A stretch of DNA of 64,000 nt from an uncultured Gaiellales bacterium (lineage in GTDB: Bacteria > Actinomycetota > Thermoleophilia > Gaiellales > Gaiellaceae): positions 8,400-72,399 of the forward strand of contig CAZQAG010000005.1 in NCBI GenBank assembly GCA_964591295.1, written 5' to 3'. Shown here in pieces: positions 30,720 to 39,842 of this stretch. How positions within the stretch are numbered: the stretch's first letter is position 1; every line of letters begins with the position of its first letter. The translations under genes were made by a program, and so were the position numbers. Under the pieces are notes generated by a model, which ran no database searches, was not told the DNA's origin, and saw only the letters and a list, made by a program, of their open reading frames with translations.

Positions 30720-32321
30720 ATGGGCCCAGAGCCTCAAGGTCAGAGCTCGTCGCTGCGCGACTACCTGCGCGTGCTCAGGCGACGAAAGTGGCTGGTCATC
30801 CAGGCGGCCGTGCTCGTGCCGGCCGCCGCGGTCGCGCTCTCGCTTCACCAGCAAACCCTCTACGAGGCCTCCTCGGAAGTGCTCCTCAGCCGCCAGAACC
30901 TCGCGGCGACGCTCACGAACACCCCGGACGCGACGCTCTCGCAGGACGCGGACCGGCTCGTCGAGACGCAGGCCAACCTCGCCCGCGTCCCAGCCGTTGC
31001 CGCGCGGGTGCTGAAGGCCGCGCGCGTCACCGATCGCACCGCCGAGGATTTCCTCGATTCCTCATCGGTGAAGGCAAAGACGAACGCCGACTTACTGGAG
31101 TTCACGGTCACCGATCCGAACCCCGCGCTCGCCGCCCGCCTCGCCAGCGAGTACGCAAAGCAGTTCACGATCTACAAGCGCAAGCTCGACACGGTGGCGC
31201 TCCAGCGGGCCCAAGTCGAGCTGGCGAGCCGCCTGAAGGCGCTCGAGGAAGCCGGCGACCGCCGCTCGCCCCTCTACGCGAGCCTGGTGGACAAGGAGCA
31301 GCAGCTGCGAACCCTGGAGGCGCTTCAGACCGCGAACGCCTTCGTGGTTCGCTCGGCAGGGAAGGCCCCTCAGGTACAGCCCCGCCCGCTCCGCAACGGC
31401 ATCCTCGGAGTGGCGCTCGGCCTGATCCTCGGCGTGGGGCTCGCCTTCCTGTGGGAGACCCTCGACACGCGTGTGCGCTCGGCAGACGAGATCGCCGAGC
31501 GGCTCGGCCTGCCACTCCTGGCGCGCATTCCCGAGCCACCCAGGCGACTCCGGAACGAGAACAAGCTCGTCATGCTCGCCGAGCCCGCGGGGATCCATGC
31601 CGAGGCCTTCCGGATGCTGCGCACGAACCTCGAGTTCGCGAACCTCGAGCGCGGCGCCCGCACGATCATGGTCACGAGCGCGGTCGAGACCGAGGGCAAG
31701 TCGACGACCGTCGCCAACCTCGCGGTCGCGTTGGCCCGGGCCGGCAAGCGCGTCGCGCTCGTCGACCTCGACCTTCGGCGTCCCTTCCTCGCGCGCCTCT
31801 TCGGGCTCGATGCCAACCGGCCCGGCCTGACGGACGTCGCGCTCGGCCACGCCGAGCTAAGCGACGCGATCGCGCCGGTGGCGATCTCGAACGGCCGAGC
31901 CAGCGGCGCGACGAACGGGCAGCCGCGTGTCGAGGGCGTCCTCGAGGTCGTTCCGGCCGGCCCCGTGCCCCCCGATGCCGGCGAGTTCGTGGGGACAAAA
32001 GCCCTCGCCGACATCCTCGAGCAGCTCGCCGAGCGCGCGGAGATCATCCTCATCGATGCCCCACCGCTCCTGCATGTCGGAGACGCGATGACGCTCAGCT
32101 CGAGGATCGACGCGCTCATCGTCGTCACGCGCCTGAACGTCGTCCGGCGCCCGATGCTCGCCGAGATGCGCCGGGTGCTCCACGCCTGCCCCGCCGCGAA
32201 GCTCGGTTTCGTCCTCACCGACGCGCACCTGGAGGAGGCCTACGGCTACACGGGCTACGCCGGCTACTACCGGCACCATGCCTACGCCGAGGTCGAGCAC
32301 ACGGAAGAGGCAGTCAAGTGA
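30720..32321 (+). CDS. Polysaccharide co-polymerase (Wzz domain) fused to BY-type tyrosine autokinase
   Basis: LRDYLRVLRRRKWLV is followed by a TM segment, a coiled periplasmic-type region and a second TM. The kinase part has Walker A (VTSAVETEGKSTTVANLA), VDLDLRRP, and a C-terminal Tyr cluster (AYGYTGYAGYYRHHAY). Confidence 0.85.
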   Translation: MGPEPQGQSSSLRDYLRVLRRRKWLVIQAAVLVPAAAVALSLHQQTLYEASSEVLLSRQNLAATLTNTPDATLSQDADRLVETQANLARVPAVAARVLKAARVTDRTAEDFLDSSSVKAKTNADLLEFTVTDPNPALAARLASEYAKQFTIYKRKLDTVALQRAQVELASRLKALEEAGDRRSPLYASLVDKEQQLRTLEALQTANAFVVRSAGKAPQVQPRPLRNGILGVALGLILGVGLAFLWETLDTRVRSADEIAERLGLPLLARIPEPPRRLRNENKLVMLAEPAGIHAEAFRMLRTNLEFANLERGARTIMVTSAVETEGKSTTVANLAVALARAGKRVALVDLDLRRPFLARLFGLDANRPGLTDVALGHAELSDAIAPVAISNGRASGATNGQPRVEGVLEVVPAGPVPPDAGEFVGTKALADILEQLAERAEIILIDAPPLLHVGDAMTLSSRIDALIVVTRLNVVRRPMLAEMRRVLHACPAAKLGFVLTDAHLEEAYGYTGYAGYYRHHAYAEVEHTEEAVK

Positions 32322-32992
32322 GACGGACGCGGATCCTCGTCGCCGACTCGCTCTCGATCTTCCGCTCGGGCGTGAAGACGCTTCTGAACGGCAACAGCGA
32401 CTTCGAGATCGTCGAGGCTTCCGATCTCGCGGGCGTGTTGCGGTCGGTTGGCGAAGCGTGCCCGGACATCGCGCTCATCGACCTCGACCTTCTGCCGAAC
32501 GGCGGAATCGAGGCCGTCGCGCAGATCTCCGAGCGCTGCGCCTGCCAGACGATCGTCTGGAGCTGCGAGCCGAGCCGCGAGACGGTCCTGGACGCCATTC
32601 GCGCTGGCGCCAGCGGCTACCTCGAGAAGACGATCTCGGCCGCGGGTCTCGTGCGGGCGCTGCGTGGGATCGAGCACGGCGAGGCTCCGCTCTCCCGCGA
32701 CCTGGCGACGCAGATGATCAAGGCGTTGCACGGCCGCGAGAAGCGCCGCGATGCCTTCGACCGCGCCGCGGTCCTCTCGGCCCGCGAGCGGGAGGTGCTC
32801 GATCTCGTCGCGCGCGGAGCGCGGAACCGGGAGGTCGCCCAGACGCTCTTCATCTCCGAGTTCACCGTGAAGCGGCACATGCAGAACATCCTGAAGAAGC
32901 TCGAGCTCCCGTCGCGACAGGCTGCAGCGGCTTTCTATGACGCGGCGTTCGGTTCCGAGGGCGTCGTGACACCGATCGGGCGAACGGCATGA
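32318..32992 (+). CDS. LuxR/NarL-family response regulator
   Basis: The receiver domain has RILVADS, ALIDLDL (putative phospho-Asp) and GASGYLEK. The HTH is LSAREREVLDLVARGARNREVAQTLFISEFTVKRHMQNILKKL. The GTG at 32318 overlaps the kinase stop. The rest of the tracked 734-aa ORF is an out-of-frame artefact. Confidence 0.85.
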   Translation: MRRTRILVADSLSIFRSGVKTLLNGNSDFEIVEASDLAGVLRSVGEACPDIALIDLDLLPNGGIEAVAQISERCACQTIVWSCEPSRETVLDAIRAGASGYLEKTISAAGLVRALRGIEHGEAPLSRDLATQMIKALHGREKRRDAFDRAAVLSAREREVLDLVARGARNREVAQTLFISEFTVKRHMQNILKKLELPSRQAAAAFYDAAFGSEGVVTPIGRTA

Positions 32993-33360
32993 CGGCGGCA
33001 ACCCGAAGCGAGCCGCTCGTCGCGCTCGTCTGCCGCGTGCCGCTGCTCTACGAGGCGCTTACGACGGCCCTCGACGGGATTGCGAGTGTCCGCCGGTTCC
33101 CCGCCGGGGGCGGTGATACCTCCGGGCTACTCCGCGCTCTGCGGCCCGACGCCGTCATCGTCGACAGCGAAGAGGAGGCCGACGAGGCCACAGCATTTGC
33201 GCGCGAGTCGAGCTCGACGCTCGTGCACGTTTCGCTCCGAGGGCGCACCGTCAGGACCCTCCAGGATGGCCGCTGGCAGGACGCACACGGGGACGCTTCG
33301 CCGGAGGGGATTCGCAACGCTGTTGTCGGCGGGATCTTCGGACGGGAGCACGTGGGATGA
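32989..33360 (+). CDS. Hypothetical protein, possibly a degenerate receiver-like domain
   Basis: 123 aa with ATGA overlaps at both ends. The alternating beta/alpha-like pattern (LVALVCR...PDAVIVDSEEE...TLVHVSL) lacks clear receiver residues. Confidence 0.4.
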   Translation: MTAATRSEPLVALVCRVPLLYEALTTALDGIASVRRFPAGGGDTSGLLRALRPDAVIVDSEEEADEATAFARESSSTLVHVSLRGRTVRTLQDGRWQDAHGDASPEGIRNAVVGGIFGREHVG

Positions 33361-34874
33361 ACGCCACGGAGCGCGCGGCACTCCAGCAAGCGGCAGGCCA
33401 CGAGCGGAAGCTCGAGATGGTGGACCGACCACCGACCTCGAACGTACGACGCCGGGGCTGGCTCGTCCGGCGCACGCTGCTGCTCGCAGATGTCGTCGGG
33501 CTCACCACAGCATTTCTTATCGCTGAGCTGGCCTTCGGTCCCGGCGGCGGGCTCGGAAACGAATTCACCCTCCTTGGCGAGTCGCTGCTCTTCCTCCTGA
33601 CGCTGCCGGTCTGGGTTGTCGTCGCCAAGCTGTACGGGCTGTACGAGCGCGACGAGGAACGCACCGACCACTCGACGGTCGACGACTTCACCGGCGTCTT
33701 CCACATGCTGACCGTCGGCACGTGGCTTCTCCTGGCCGGCGCCTGGCTGACGAATATCGTGGAGCCGGACATGCGCAAGCTCCTGCTCTTCTGGGGCCTT
33801 GCGATCGGGCTCGTTGCCCTCGGCCGCGCGCTCGCCCGGGCTTTCTGCCGGCGACGGATCGCCTACCTCCAGAACACCGTCATCGTCGGGGCGGGAGACA
33901 TCGGCCAGCTCGTGGCGCGAAAGCTTCTTCGGCACCCCGAATACGGCATTCATGTCGTGGGTTTTGTCGACGCTGCTCCGAAGGAGCTGCGCGCGGATCT
34001 CGGGCACGTGGCGATCCTCGGCACGCCCACTGAACTGCCCGCCATCATCGAGCTCTTCGACGTCGCGCGGGTGATCGTCGCCTTCTCGAACGACGCTCAC
34101 GAGGAGAGCCTCGAGCTCGTGCGATCGCTGAAGCGGCTCGATCTTCAGATCGACATCGTGCCGCGCCTGTTCGAGGTTGTCGGCCCGAGCGTCGGGATCC
34201 ACCAGGTCGAAGGACTGCCTCTCGTCGGCCTTCCTCCGGCCAGGCTTCCCCGCTCGTCGCGGTTGATCAAGCGCGGCGTCGACGTCATCGGGGCGGTCGC
34301 CGGCCTTCTCCTGGCGGCGCCGTTCTTCGCCTACGCCGCCTGGCGGATCAAGCGGGAATCGCCGGGCCCCGTGTTCTTCAGGCAAGTGCGACTTGGCCTG
34401 AACATGCAGGAGTTCACAGCGCTGAAGTTCAGGACGATGCGCATCGATACAGACGACGGTCCTCACCGAGCGCTGATCCAGAGGATCATGGATCGAAACG
34501 CGTCTACAGGTGGACAGGGCCTCTACAAGCTCGACCCCGGCGACGCCGTGACGCCGTTCGGGCGCTGGCTCCGCAAGACCAGTCTCGACGAGCTTCCGCA
34601 GCTGATCAACGTGCTGCGCGGTGAGATGTCGCTGGTCGGGCCGCGGCCCTGCATTCCCTACGAAGTCGAACACTTCGACCCCCACCACTATGAGCGCTTC
34701 CTCGTTCCGGCCGGGATCACCGGGCTCTGGCAGGTCACCGCGCGAGCACATTCGACGTTTCGCGAGGCGCTCGACATGGACGCCGCCTACGTGCGGAGCT
34801 GGTCGCTGAAGCTCGACCTCTGGCTCCTCCTTCGGACGCCGCTCCAGGTCCTTTCCCGCAGGAGCACGGCGTAG
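33357..34874 (+). CDS. Polyprenyl-phosphate glycosyl-1-phosphate transferase (WbaP/EpsL-type priming transferase)
   Basis: N-terminal TM helices and a Rossmann-like linker (VIVGAGDIG) precede the bacterial sugar transferase domain (PGPVFFRQVRLG, FRTMR, SLDELPQLINVLRGEMSLVGPRP). Confidence 0.9.
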   Translation: MNATERAALQQAAGHERKLEMVDRPPTSNVRRRGWLVRRTLLLADVVGLTTAFLIAELAFGPGGGLGNEFTLLGESLLFLLTLPVWVVVAKLYGLYERDEERTDHSTVDDFTGVFHMLTVGTWLLLAGAWLTNIVEPDMRKLLLFWGLAIGLVALGRALARAFCRRRIAYLQNTVIVGAGDIGQLVARKLLRHPEYGIHVVGFVDAAPKELRADLGHVAILGTPTELPAIIELFDVARVIVAFSNDAHEESLELVRSLKRLDLQIDIVPRLFEVVGPSVGIHQVEGLPLVGLPPARLPRSSRLIKRGVDVIGAVAGLLLAAPFFAYAAWRIKRESPGPVFFRQVRLGLNMQEFTALKFRTMRIDTDDGPHRALIQRIMDRNASTGGQGLYKLDPGDAVTPFGRWLRKTSLDELPQLINVLRGEMSLVGPRPCIPYEVEHFDPHHYERFLVPAGITGLWQVTARAHSTFREALDMDAAYVRSWSLKLDLWLLLRTPLQVLSRRSTA

Positions 34875-35951
34875 ATGGCAGGCCGAAATGGCTCGGTTGG
34901 GCGCCCTAAGCGTCTGAGAGTTGCCGTCGCAGGCCTGGGGTACTGGGGCCCGAACCTCGTCCGCAATCTTCAGGAGCTTCCGGAGGCGCAGGTCGTCTGC
35001 GTCTGTGACCTCAAGCGGGAAGCGCTCGAGCCGATCGGCCGGCGCTACCCGGCGGTTCGCCGGACGACGAGGTTCAAGGAAGTTCTGAAAGACCCTCGCA
35101 TCGACGCGGTCGCGATCGCGACGCCGGTTTCCTCCCACTACGAGCTAGCGCGGCAGGCGCTCAAGGCTGGAAAGCATGTCTTCGTCGAGAAACCGCTCGC
35201 CGCCTCGTCGGAGGAAGCGGTCGAGCTGATTGAGCTTGCAGAAGAACGTGATCTCGTCCTGATGCCGGGCCACACGTTCCTCTACAGCCCGCCGGTCAAC
35301 ATGATCCGGGATCTCATCGTCTCGGGCGCGCTCGGCGAGATCTATTTCATCTCGACGAGCCGCGTCAACCTGGGCCTTCATCAGCCCGACGTCAGCGTCG
35401 TCTGGGATCTCGGGCCGCACGATTTCTCGATCCTTCGTTACTGGCTCGACGAGACCCCCACCCGCGCGTCGGCGGTGAGCAGAGGCTGTGTCGTTCCCGG
35501 CACGCCCGACGTCGCGTTCATCAACCTTGAGTTCCCGTCCGGCACCCTCGCCCACGTCGAGCTTTCCTGGCTTGCACCGAGCAAGCTCCGCCGAACGACA
35601 ATCGTCGGCTCCGAGAAGATGGTCGTCTACGACGACACAAGCGCGGAGTCGGTACGGATCTTCGATTCTGGCGTTTTCCTGCCGAACCCGGATACGTTCG
35701 GCGAGTTCCAACTGAGCTACCGGACGGGCGACATCGTTTCGCCGGCAATTGCTCCATCGGAGCCACTCTCCCTCGAGTTGGCAGACTTTTGCCACGCTAT
35801 GAACACGGGCGAAGAGCCACGCTCGTCGGCGCGTCTCGGGCTGGACGTCGTGCAGATAATCGAGGCAGTCGATTCTTCGCTCGCAGCCGGTGGCGCGTCG
35901 GTCGAGGCGACGACGGCATTCGTCGCATCGGACGGCCAGCCCATCCAATGA
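34875..35951 (+). CDS. Gfo/Idh/MocA-family NAD-dependent sugar oxidoreductase (WbpB-like)
   Basis: LRVAVAGLGYWGPNLVRN, DAVAIATPVSSHYELARQALKAGKHVFVEKP and the family C-terminal domain are present. Confidence 0.8.
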   Translation: MAGRNGSVGRPKRLRVAVAGLGYWGPNLVRNLQELPEAQVVCVCDLKREALEPIGRRYPAVRRTTRFKEVLKDPRIDAVAIATPVSSHYELARQALKAGKHVFVEKPLAASSEEAVELIELAEERDLVLMPGHTFLYSPPVNMIRDLIVSGALGEIYFISTSRVNLGLHQPDVSVVWDLGPHDFSILRYWLDETPTRASAVSRGCVVPGTPDVAFINLEFPSGTLAHVELSWLAPSKLRRTTIVGSEKMVVYDDTSAESVRIFDSGVFLPNPDTFGEFQLSYRTGDIVSPAIAPSEPLSLELADFCHAMNTGEEPRSSARLGLDVVQIIEAVDSSLAAGGASVEATTAFVASDGQPIQ

Positions 35952-37327
35952 CGAACGCCGCTCTTCGCGGTCCGCCGTTGGCCGCCGGAGCGGGACGGTC
36001 CTACCTGCCGCTCGGAGCGGTTCTGTTGGTCTCGCTGGTCGCGGCGGCAATGACCGTCAAGATGCCGTCGCTGGCGCTTCTGGCGGTGATGGCGACGCTT
36101 ACCCTCGCGCTTCTCCGCATGTGGCCTCTCGCCGTCTGGGCCCTCATCTACGCGTCGTCGCTCCTTCTCGACTCGTTCGTCCGGTCGACCGTCGTGCTCG
36201 ACCAGAGGGGAATGGCGATCTACATTGCCGACGTCATCCCGTTCGTGCTCGTCGCTGGTGCGCTTGCGACAGGAATCGAACGACCGAAGTTCGTGGGGAG
36301 CGCGCGGCTCGCCCACAGTGCAGGACTCGTCGTAGTGGCGCTTATCGTCATCGGCTTCTACCGGTCCGTGTCCGCGCAAGGCCTCACGCCAGCGCTTCAG
36401 GCGCGACACCTGCTTCCGCTCGTTCTGGCCGTAACGCTTCCTTACTCACGTGGCTTCGCCAACATCTCGACGAGAGCGATCATCAGAACACTGACGGTCG
36501 CGGCGGTCGCGATCGCCATCGCCGCGATGCTGCGGCTGCTCAGCGGCTACGAAACGACGTCAGCGCTCGGCGCGCAGCGGATATACCAGACGTGGGAGCC
36601 GTTCATTGCCGCGGGCCTGTTCTTGGTCCTGCTCGCTTTCTGCCTCGTCGGTTCCAAGGTCTCCGCCTATCACTACGTCGGACTCGGGGCGGCGGCGATT
36701 CCCGTGATCTTCAGCTTCTTCCGCGTTGCGTGGTTCCTCTCAGTCGCGTTGGCACTGCTGATGGTCCTGTTCATCCGCGGCCAGAAGGGCCGCGCGTGGA
36801 TCGTGATCGGGCTCGCCGCGGTCGCGATGACGCTGTTAAGTGTCGGCGCGATCAGCAGCCAGACAGGCCCGAGCTATGCAACGCAGATCGCCATGCGCGC
36901 GAACGACACTCACACGCCACTGGACTCGTACCGCGCACAGGAGTACGGCGCAGTGTGGCACGAGATCAAGAAGAACCCGGTGCTCGGCTCGGGCTTTGGC
37001 ACCGAGTACATCGGAAACTGGACGCTCATTCGGTCGTGGGCCCACAACGCATACGAGTGGATGTGGTGGCGTCTCGGATTCTTCGGCCTCGTGGCGTTCG
37101 TCGCGTTCGTCCTGGGCGCCGCTGCGGCCGGCCTGGCCGCTTCGAGACGGCTCGAGGGAGATGATCGTGCGCTCGCGATCGGGTTGACGGCGTCGCTTAT
37201 CTTCCTGATCGCTGCGGCGAATTACCACGAGAACTTCGAGAACTACCAGAGCAATCTCGTTAGCGGGCTCTTGATCGCGCAGATTCTCGTGCTGCGATCG
37301 CGCGCGGCCGCATCCACCGGAGAATGA
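35948..37327 (+). CDS. O-antigen/EPS polymerase (Wzy-type, O-antigen ligase-like domain)
   Basis: About 459 aa and polytopic (10 or more hydrophobic helices), with a large loop containing GSGFG...WAHNAYEWMW (Wzy_C-like). ATGA-type overlap with the upstream gene. The upstream part of the tracked ORF was rejected. Confidence 0.7.
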   Translation: MTNAALRGPPLAAGAGRSYLPLGAVLLVSLVAAAMTVKMPSLALLAVMATLTLALLRMWPLAVWALIYASSLLLDSFVRSTVVLDQRGMAIYIADVIPFVLVAGALATGIERPKFVGSARLAHSAGLVVVALIVIGFYRSVSAQGLTPALQARHLLPLVLAVTLPYSRGFANISTRAIIRTLTVAAVAIAIAAMLRLLSGYETTSALGAQRIYQTWEPFIAAGLFLVLLAFCLVGSKVSAYHYVGLGAAAIPVIFSFFRVAWFLSVALALLMVLFIRGQKGRAWIVIGLAAVAMTLLSVGAISSQTGPSYATQIAMRANDTHTPLDSYRAQEYGAVWHEIKKNPVLGSGFGTEYIGNWTLIRSWAHNAYEWMWWRLGFFGLVAFVAFVLGAAAAGLAASRRLEGDDRALAIGLTASLIFLIAAANYHENFENYQSNLVSGLLIAQILVLRSRAAASTGE

Positions 37328-38757
37328 AAGTCCGTCGCGGTACGGTCGGCGGCTGGCTGGCTGCGGCGAGCGGCGCACAGATGATGGCACTCGCGTTCGG
37401 AGCGGCGACAAACATCCTATACGCGCACTTTCTCGATCCGGCGCAGATCGGCCGGTTTGCAATCCTGCTGGCGCTCGCTGGCTGCGTCCTCGTCATTTCG
37501 GATGCAGGACTTCAGTCGCTACTTGGGCGAGAGGTGGCCGTCGGAAGCGTTTCCCCTCGCGTTGCTACGGGACTCTTACTCATCGCGGTTCCAACTACGA
37601 TCGTCGTCGTCACCGGCCTCCTCTATGCCGTCGCCAGTCTCGGCGGTGTGTTGTTTTCGACGCCTGTGCTGTCGCTTTATTCGGGGCTGCTCGTGCTTGA
37701 GCTTGCTGTCGCCACGCACGCCTTTCAGGCGTCCCTTGCGCTCTTTCAGGGAGTTGGCCGATATAGTCGGCGCTCCGTAGCCGTCGCCGCCAACGGCTTT
37801 GCCACGACGGCGCTGACTGCGCTCGCGTTCGTTTCGGGCGGCGAGTTCGCGGCGGCTATTCACGCAACCGCTGCCGCATATCTCGGCGTGGCAATCGTTG
37901 CAGTCGGTCTGCTCGTGCGGGCGTACGGCATGGCACGGATCGCTTTCCCTGACTGGATGCAATCTGTGCGAAGGGCCTCGGGATTGTACGGCAACAACTT
38001 GCTGGGGTTCATGTCGTCGACCGCGGACGTTCTACTCGCCGCAGCTGTGCTACCGATTGCGACTGTCGGCTATTACCAGGTCATCAAGAAGGTTTCACTC
38101 GTTGCGCTGGCACCGCTAACAGCAGTTCTGCCGCTTGTTTATTCCCATCTTGCGCGGCTCGGCGAGGGGGCACGCGAGCCGTTCTATCGGAAGGTGCAGA
38201 TCGTGGCGGCAGGGATGATCGCGATCGGCCTCATAATCGGGGCGCCGTTCGCAAGACCTGTTCTCGGGTTCGTGTTCGGCCCAAGCTACGCACAGCACGG
38301 CGGCATCCTCATTGCACTCGTGGGGATAGGAGCGCTTCAATTCACGCACAACCTGCTTGGCTACGTCGCGGCGTCGGCCGGCCGATTCATGCGCCCGCTA
38401 GCCATCAACGTGACCGTCGCCGTCACGGGAGGTTCGCTCGCTGTCTTCCTCGCCTACGTCGGCGGCCTGAATGGGTTTGTCGCTGGGCTTGCGATTGCGA
38501 ACGCTTGCGGTGTCGTCGTTGGCATCCGGCTGGCCCTTGAGTTCGTGCCGAGAGAAGTCTTTGTCGCACCCGCTTCGCTCGTCGCTCTCACTGCTGCGAC
38601 CGGTGCAGCGCTCGCGCTGTTCGTACTTCCACTGTCGGTGGGTGTGTCCTTGTCCATCGCGCTCGTTGTCGTAGCGCTCGGGTGCGCGGCGCTCCCACGG
38701 AACCGGCTCCAGCAGCTCTGGCGCGACTCGAGGCCGTTCGCGCTCCGGGATAGCTGA
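37324..38757 (+). CDS. Polysaccharide flippase (Wzx / MOP superfamily)
   Basis: 477 aa with about 12-14 TM helices. The N-terminal pattern (GAATNILYAHFLDPAQIGRFAILLAL) is typical of Wzx. The gene lies adjacent to wzy. Confidence 0.7.
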   Translation: MKVRRGTVGGWLAAASGAQMMALAFGAATNILYAHFLDPAQIGRFAILLALAGCVLVISDAGLQSLLGREVAVGSVSPRVATGLLLIAVPTTIVVVTGLLYAVASLGGVLFSTPVLSLYSGLLVLELAVATHAFQASLALFQGVGRYSRRSVAVAANGFATTALTALAFVSGGEFAAAIHATAAAYLGVAIVAVGLLVRAYGMARIAFPDWMQSVRRASGLYGNNLLGFMSSTADVLLAAAVLPIATVGYYQVIKKVSLVALAPLTAVLPLVYSHLARLGEGAREPFYRKVQIVAAGMIAIGLIIGAPFARPVLGFVFGPSYAQHGGILIALVGIGALQFTHNLLGYVAASAGRFMRPLAINVTVAVTGGSLAVFLAYVGGLNGFVAGLAIANACGVVVGIRLALEFVPREVFVAPASLVALTAATGAALALFVLPLSVGVSLSIALVVVALGCAALPRNRLQQLWRDSRPFALRDS

Positions 38758-39842
38758 TGCGCGTCGCCGTCGTCTGCGACTTCTTTCTCAAGTACGCGGA
38801 GCACCAGATGCGCGCACTCCGACAGGTCGGCGCGGACGTCGCGCTGCTCTGTCGCGACCACGCGTACGAATTCGGCGGCGACGAAAACGAGCGCGCGGCT
38901 GCGCTGTCGCGGATTGCGGCCGACGGTGTACACATCATCGAGGTGCCAGGGCGTGTCACCGCTGCCGCGCACGCGCCCGCCATTCTTCGTGCGCGTCGGG
39001 AGCTGCGCCGCTGGCGGGCGGACATTGCGCACGCGCACGACCTTTACGACCCGCGGTTGCTGTACGTGCTCGGTGGCGTTCCGCTCGTGACGACGATCCA
39101 TGACGTGGTTCGGCACCCCGGCGCGCCCCGCCTGACGCGCGCCGAGAATGCGGTCCGTCGACTCTGGTTCCGACGCACGTCGCTCTTCCTTGTCCACGGG
39201 GAGCGCCTGCGGCACGAACTCACACAACAGGTCGGCGACGGGCGGGTCGCCGTGCTTCCGCTCGGGGCCGACGTCGCCGAGATGTTCGAGCCGCCGCCCG
39301 ATGATCGCGTCGTGCTCTTCTTCGGGCGGCTCGAGCCTTACAAGGGCTTACCAGTGCTGCTCGAGGCGATGGAGGTGGTGCGACAAACGCGGCCGGACGT
39401 CGAGCTTATGATCGCAGGGTCGGGCCCTGAGGCGCGGCACCTAGTAGCGCGACCAGGCCTCCGCGTCCTGACCGGCTATGTCCCCGAGATCGAGGTCGAT
39501 GCGCTGTTCCGGCAGGCGTCGCTCGTTGTGCTCCCGTATACAGAAGGGAGCCTGAGTGGCGTCGGCCTGCTCGCCGTCGCTCGCGGCATTCCGACGATTG
39601 TTTCGGATGTCGGAGCGCTGCCCGAAATCGCTCTCGACGCCAGCCATGTTGTCCCTCCAGGAGACGTAGCGGCGCTGGCACGGGCGATCCTAGCGCACGT
39701 CGATGCGGGGAGCGATATTCGCGCTGCCGTGCTCGAGCACGCACGACGGCGGTTCGCCTGGTCGGAGTACGCTGTGGCGTCGGTCGCGCTCTACAAGCAA
39801 GTGCTCGACCGTGGTCCGCCCGCGGAGGTGCGTGCGGCATGA
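38757..39842 (+). CDS. Glycosyltransferase, GT4 family (GT-B)
   Basis: The C-terminal domain has FFGRLEPYKGL...MIAGSGPE...LPYTEGSLSGVGLLAVARGIPTIVSDVGALPE (E-x7-E-type region). Confidence 0.8.
   Translation: MRVAVVCDFFLKYAEHQMRALRQVGADVALLCRDHAYEFGGDENERAAALSRIAADGVHIIEVPGRVTAAAHAPAILRARRELRRWRADIAHAHDLYDPRLLYVLGGVPLVTTIHDVVRHPGAPRLTRAENAVRRLWFRRTSLFLVHGERLRHELTQQVGDGRVAVLPLGADVAEMFEPPPDDRVVLFFGRLEPYKGLPVLLEAMEVVRQTRPDVELMIAGSGPEARHLVARPGLRVLTGYVPEIEVDALFRQASLVVLPYTEGSLSGVGLLAVARGIPTIVSDVGALPEIALDASHVVPPGDVAALARAILAHVDAGSDIRAAVLEHARRRFAWSEYAVASVALYKQVLDRGPPAEVRAA

Noticed and set aside
30788-32317. N-terminal ~510 aa of the tracked 734-aa ORF 30788..32992.
   Set aside because: It is out of frame over the Wzz/BY-kinase gene and is extremely Arg/Pro/Gly-rich. 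Only the C-terminal part from the GTG at 32318 (the LuxR response regulator) is credible.
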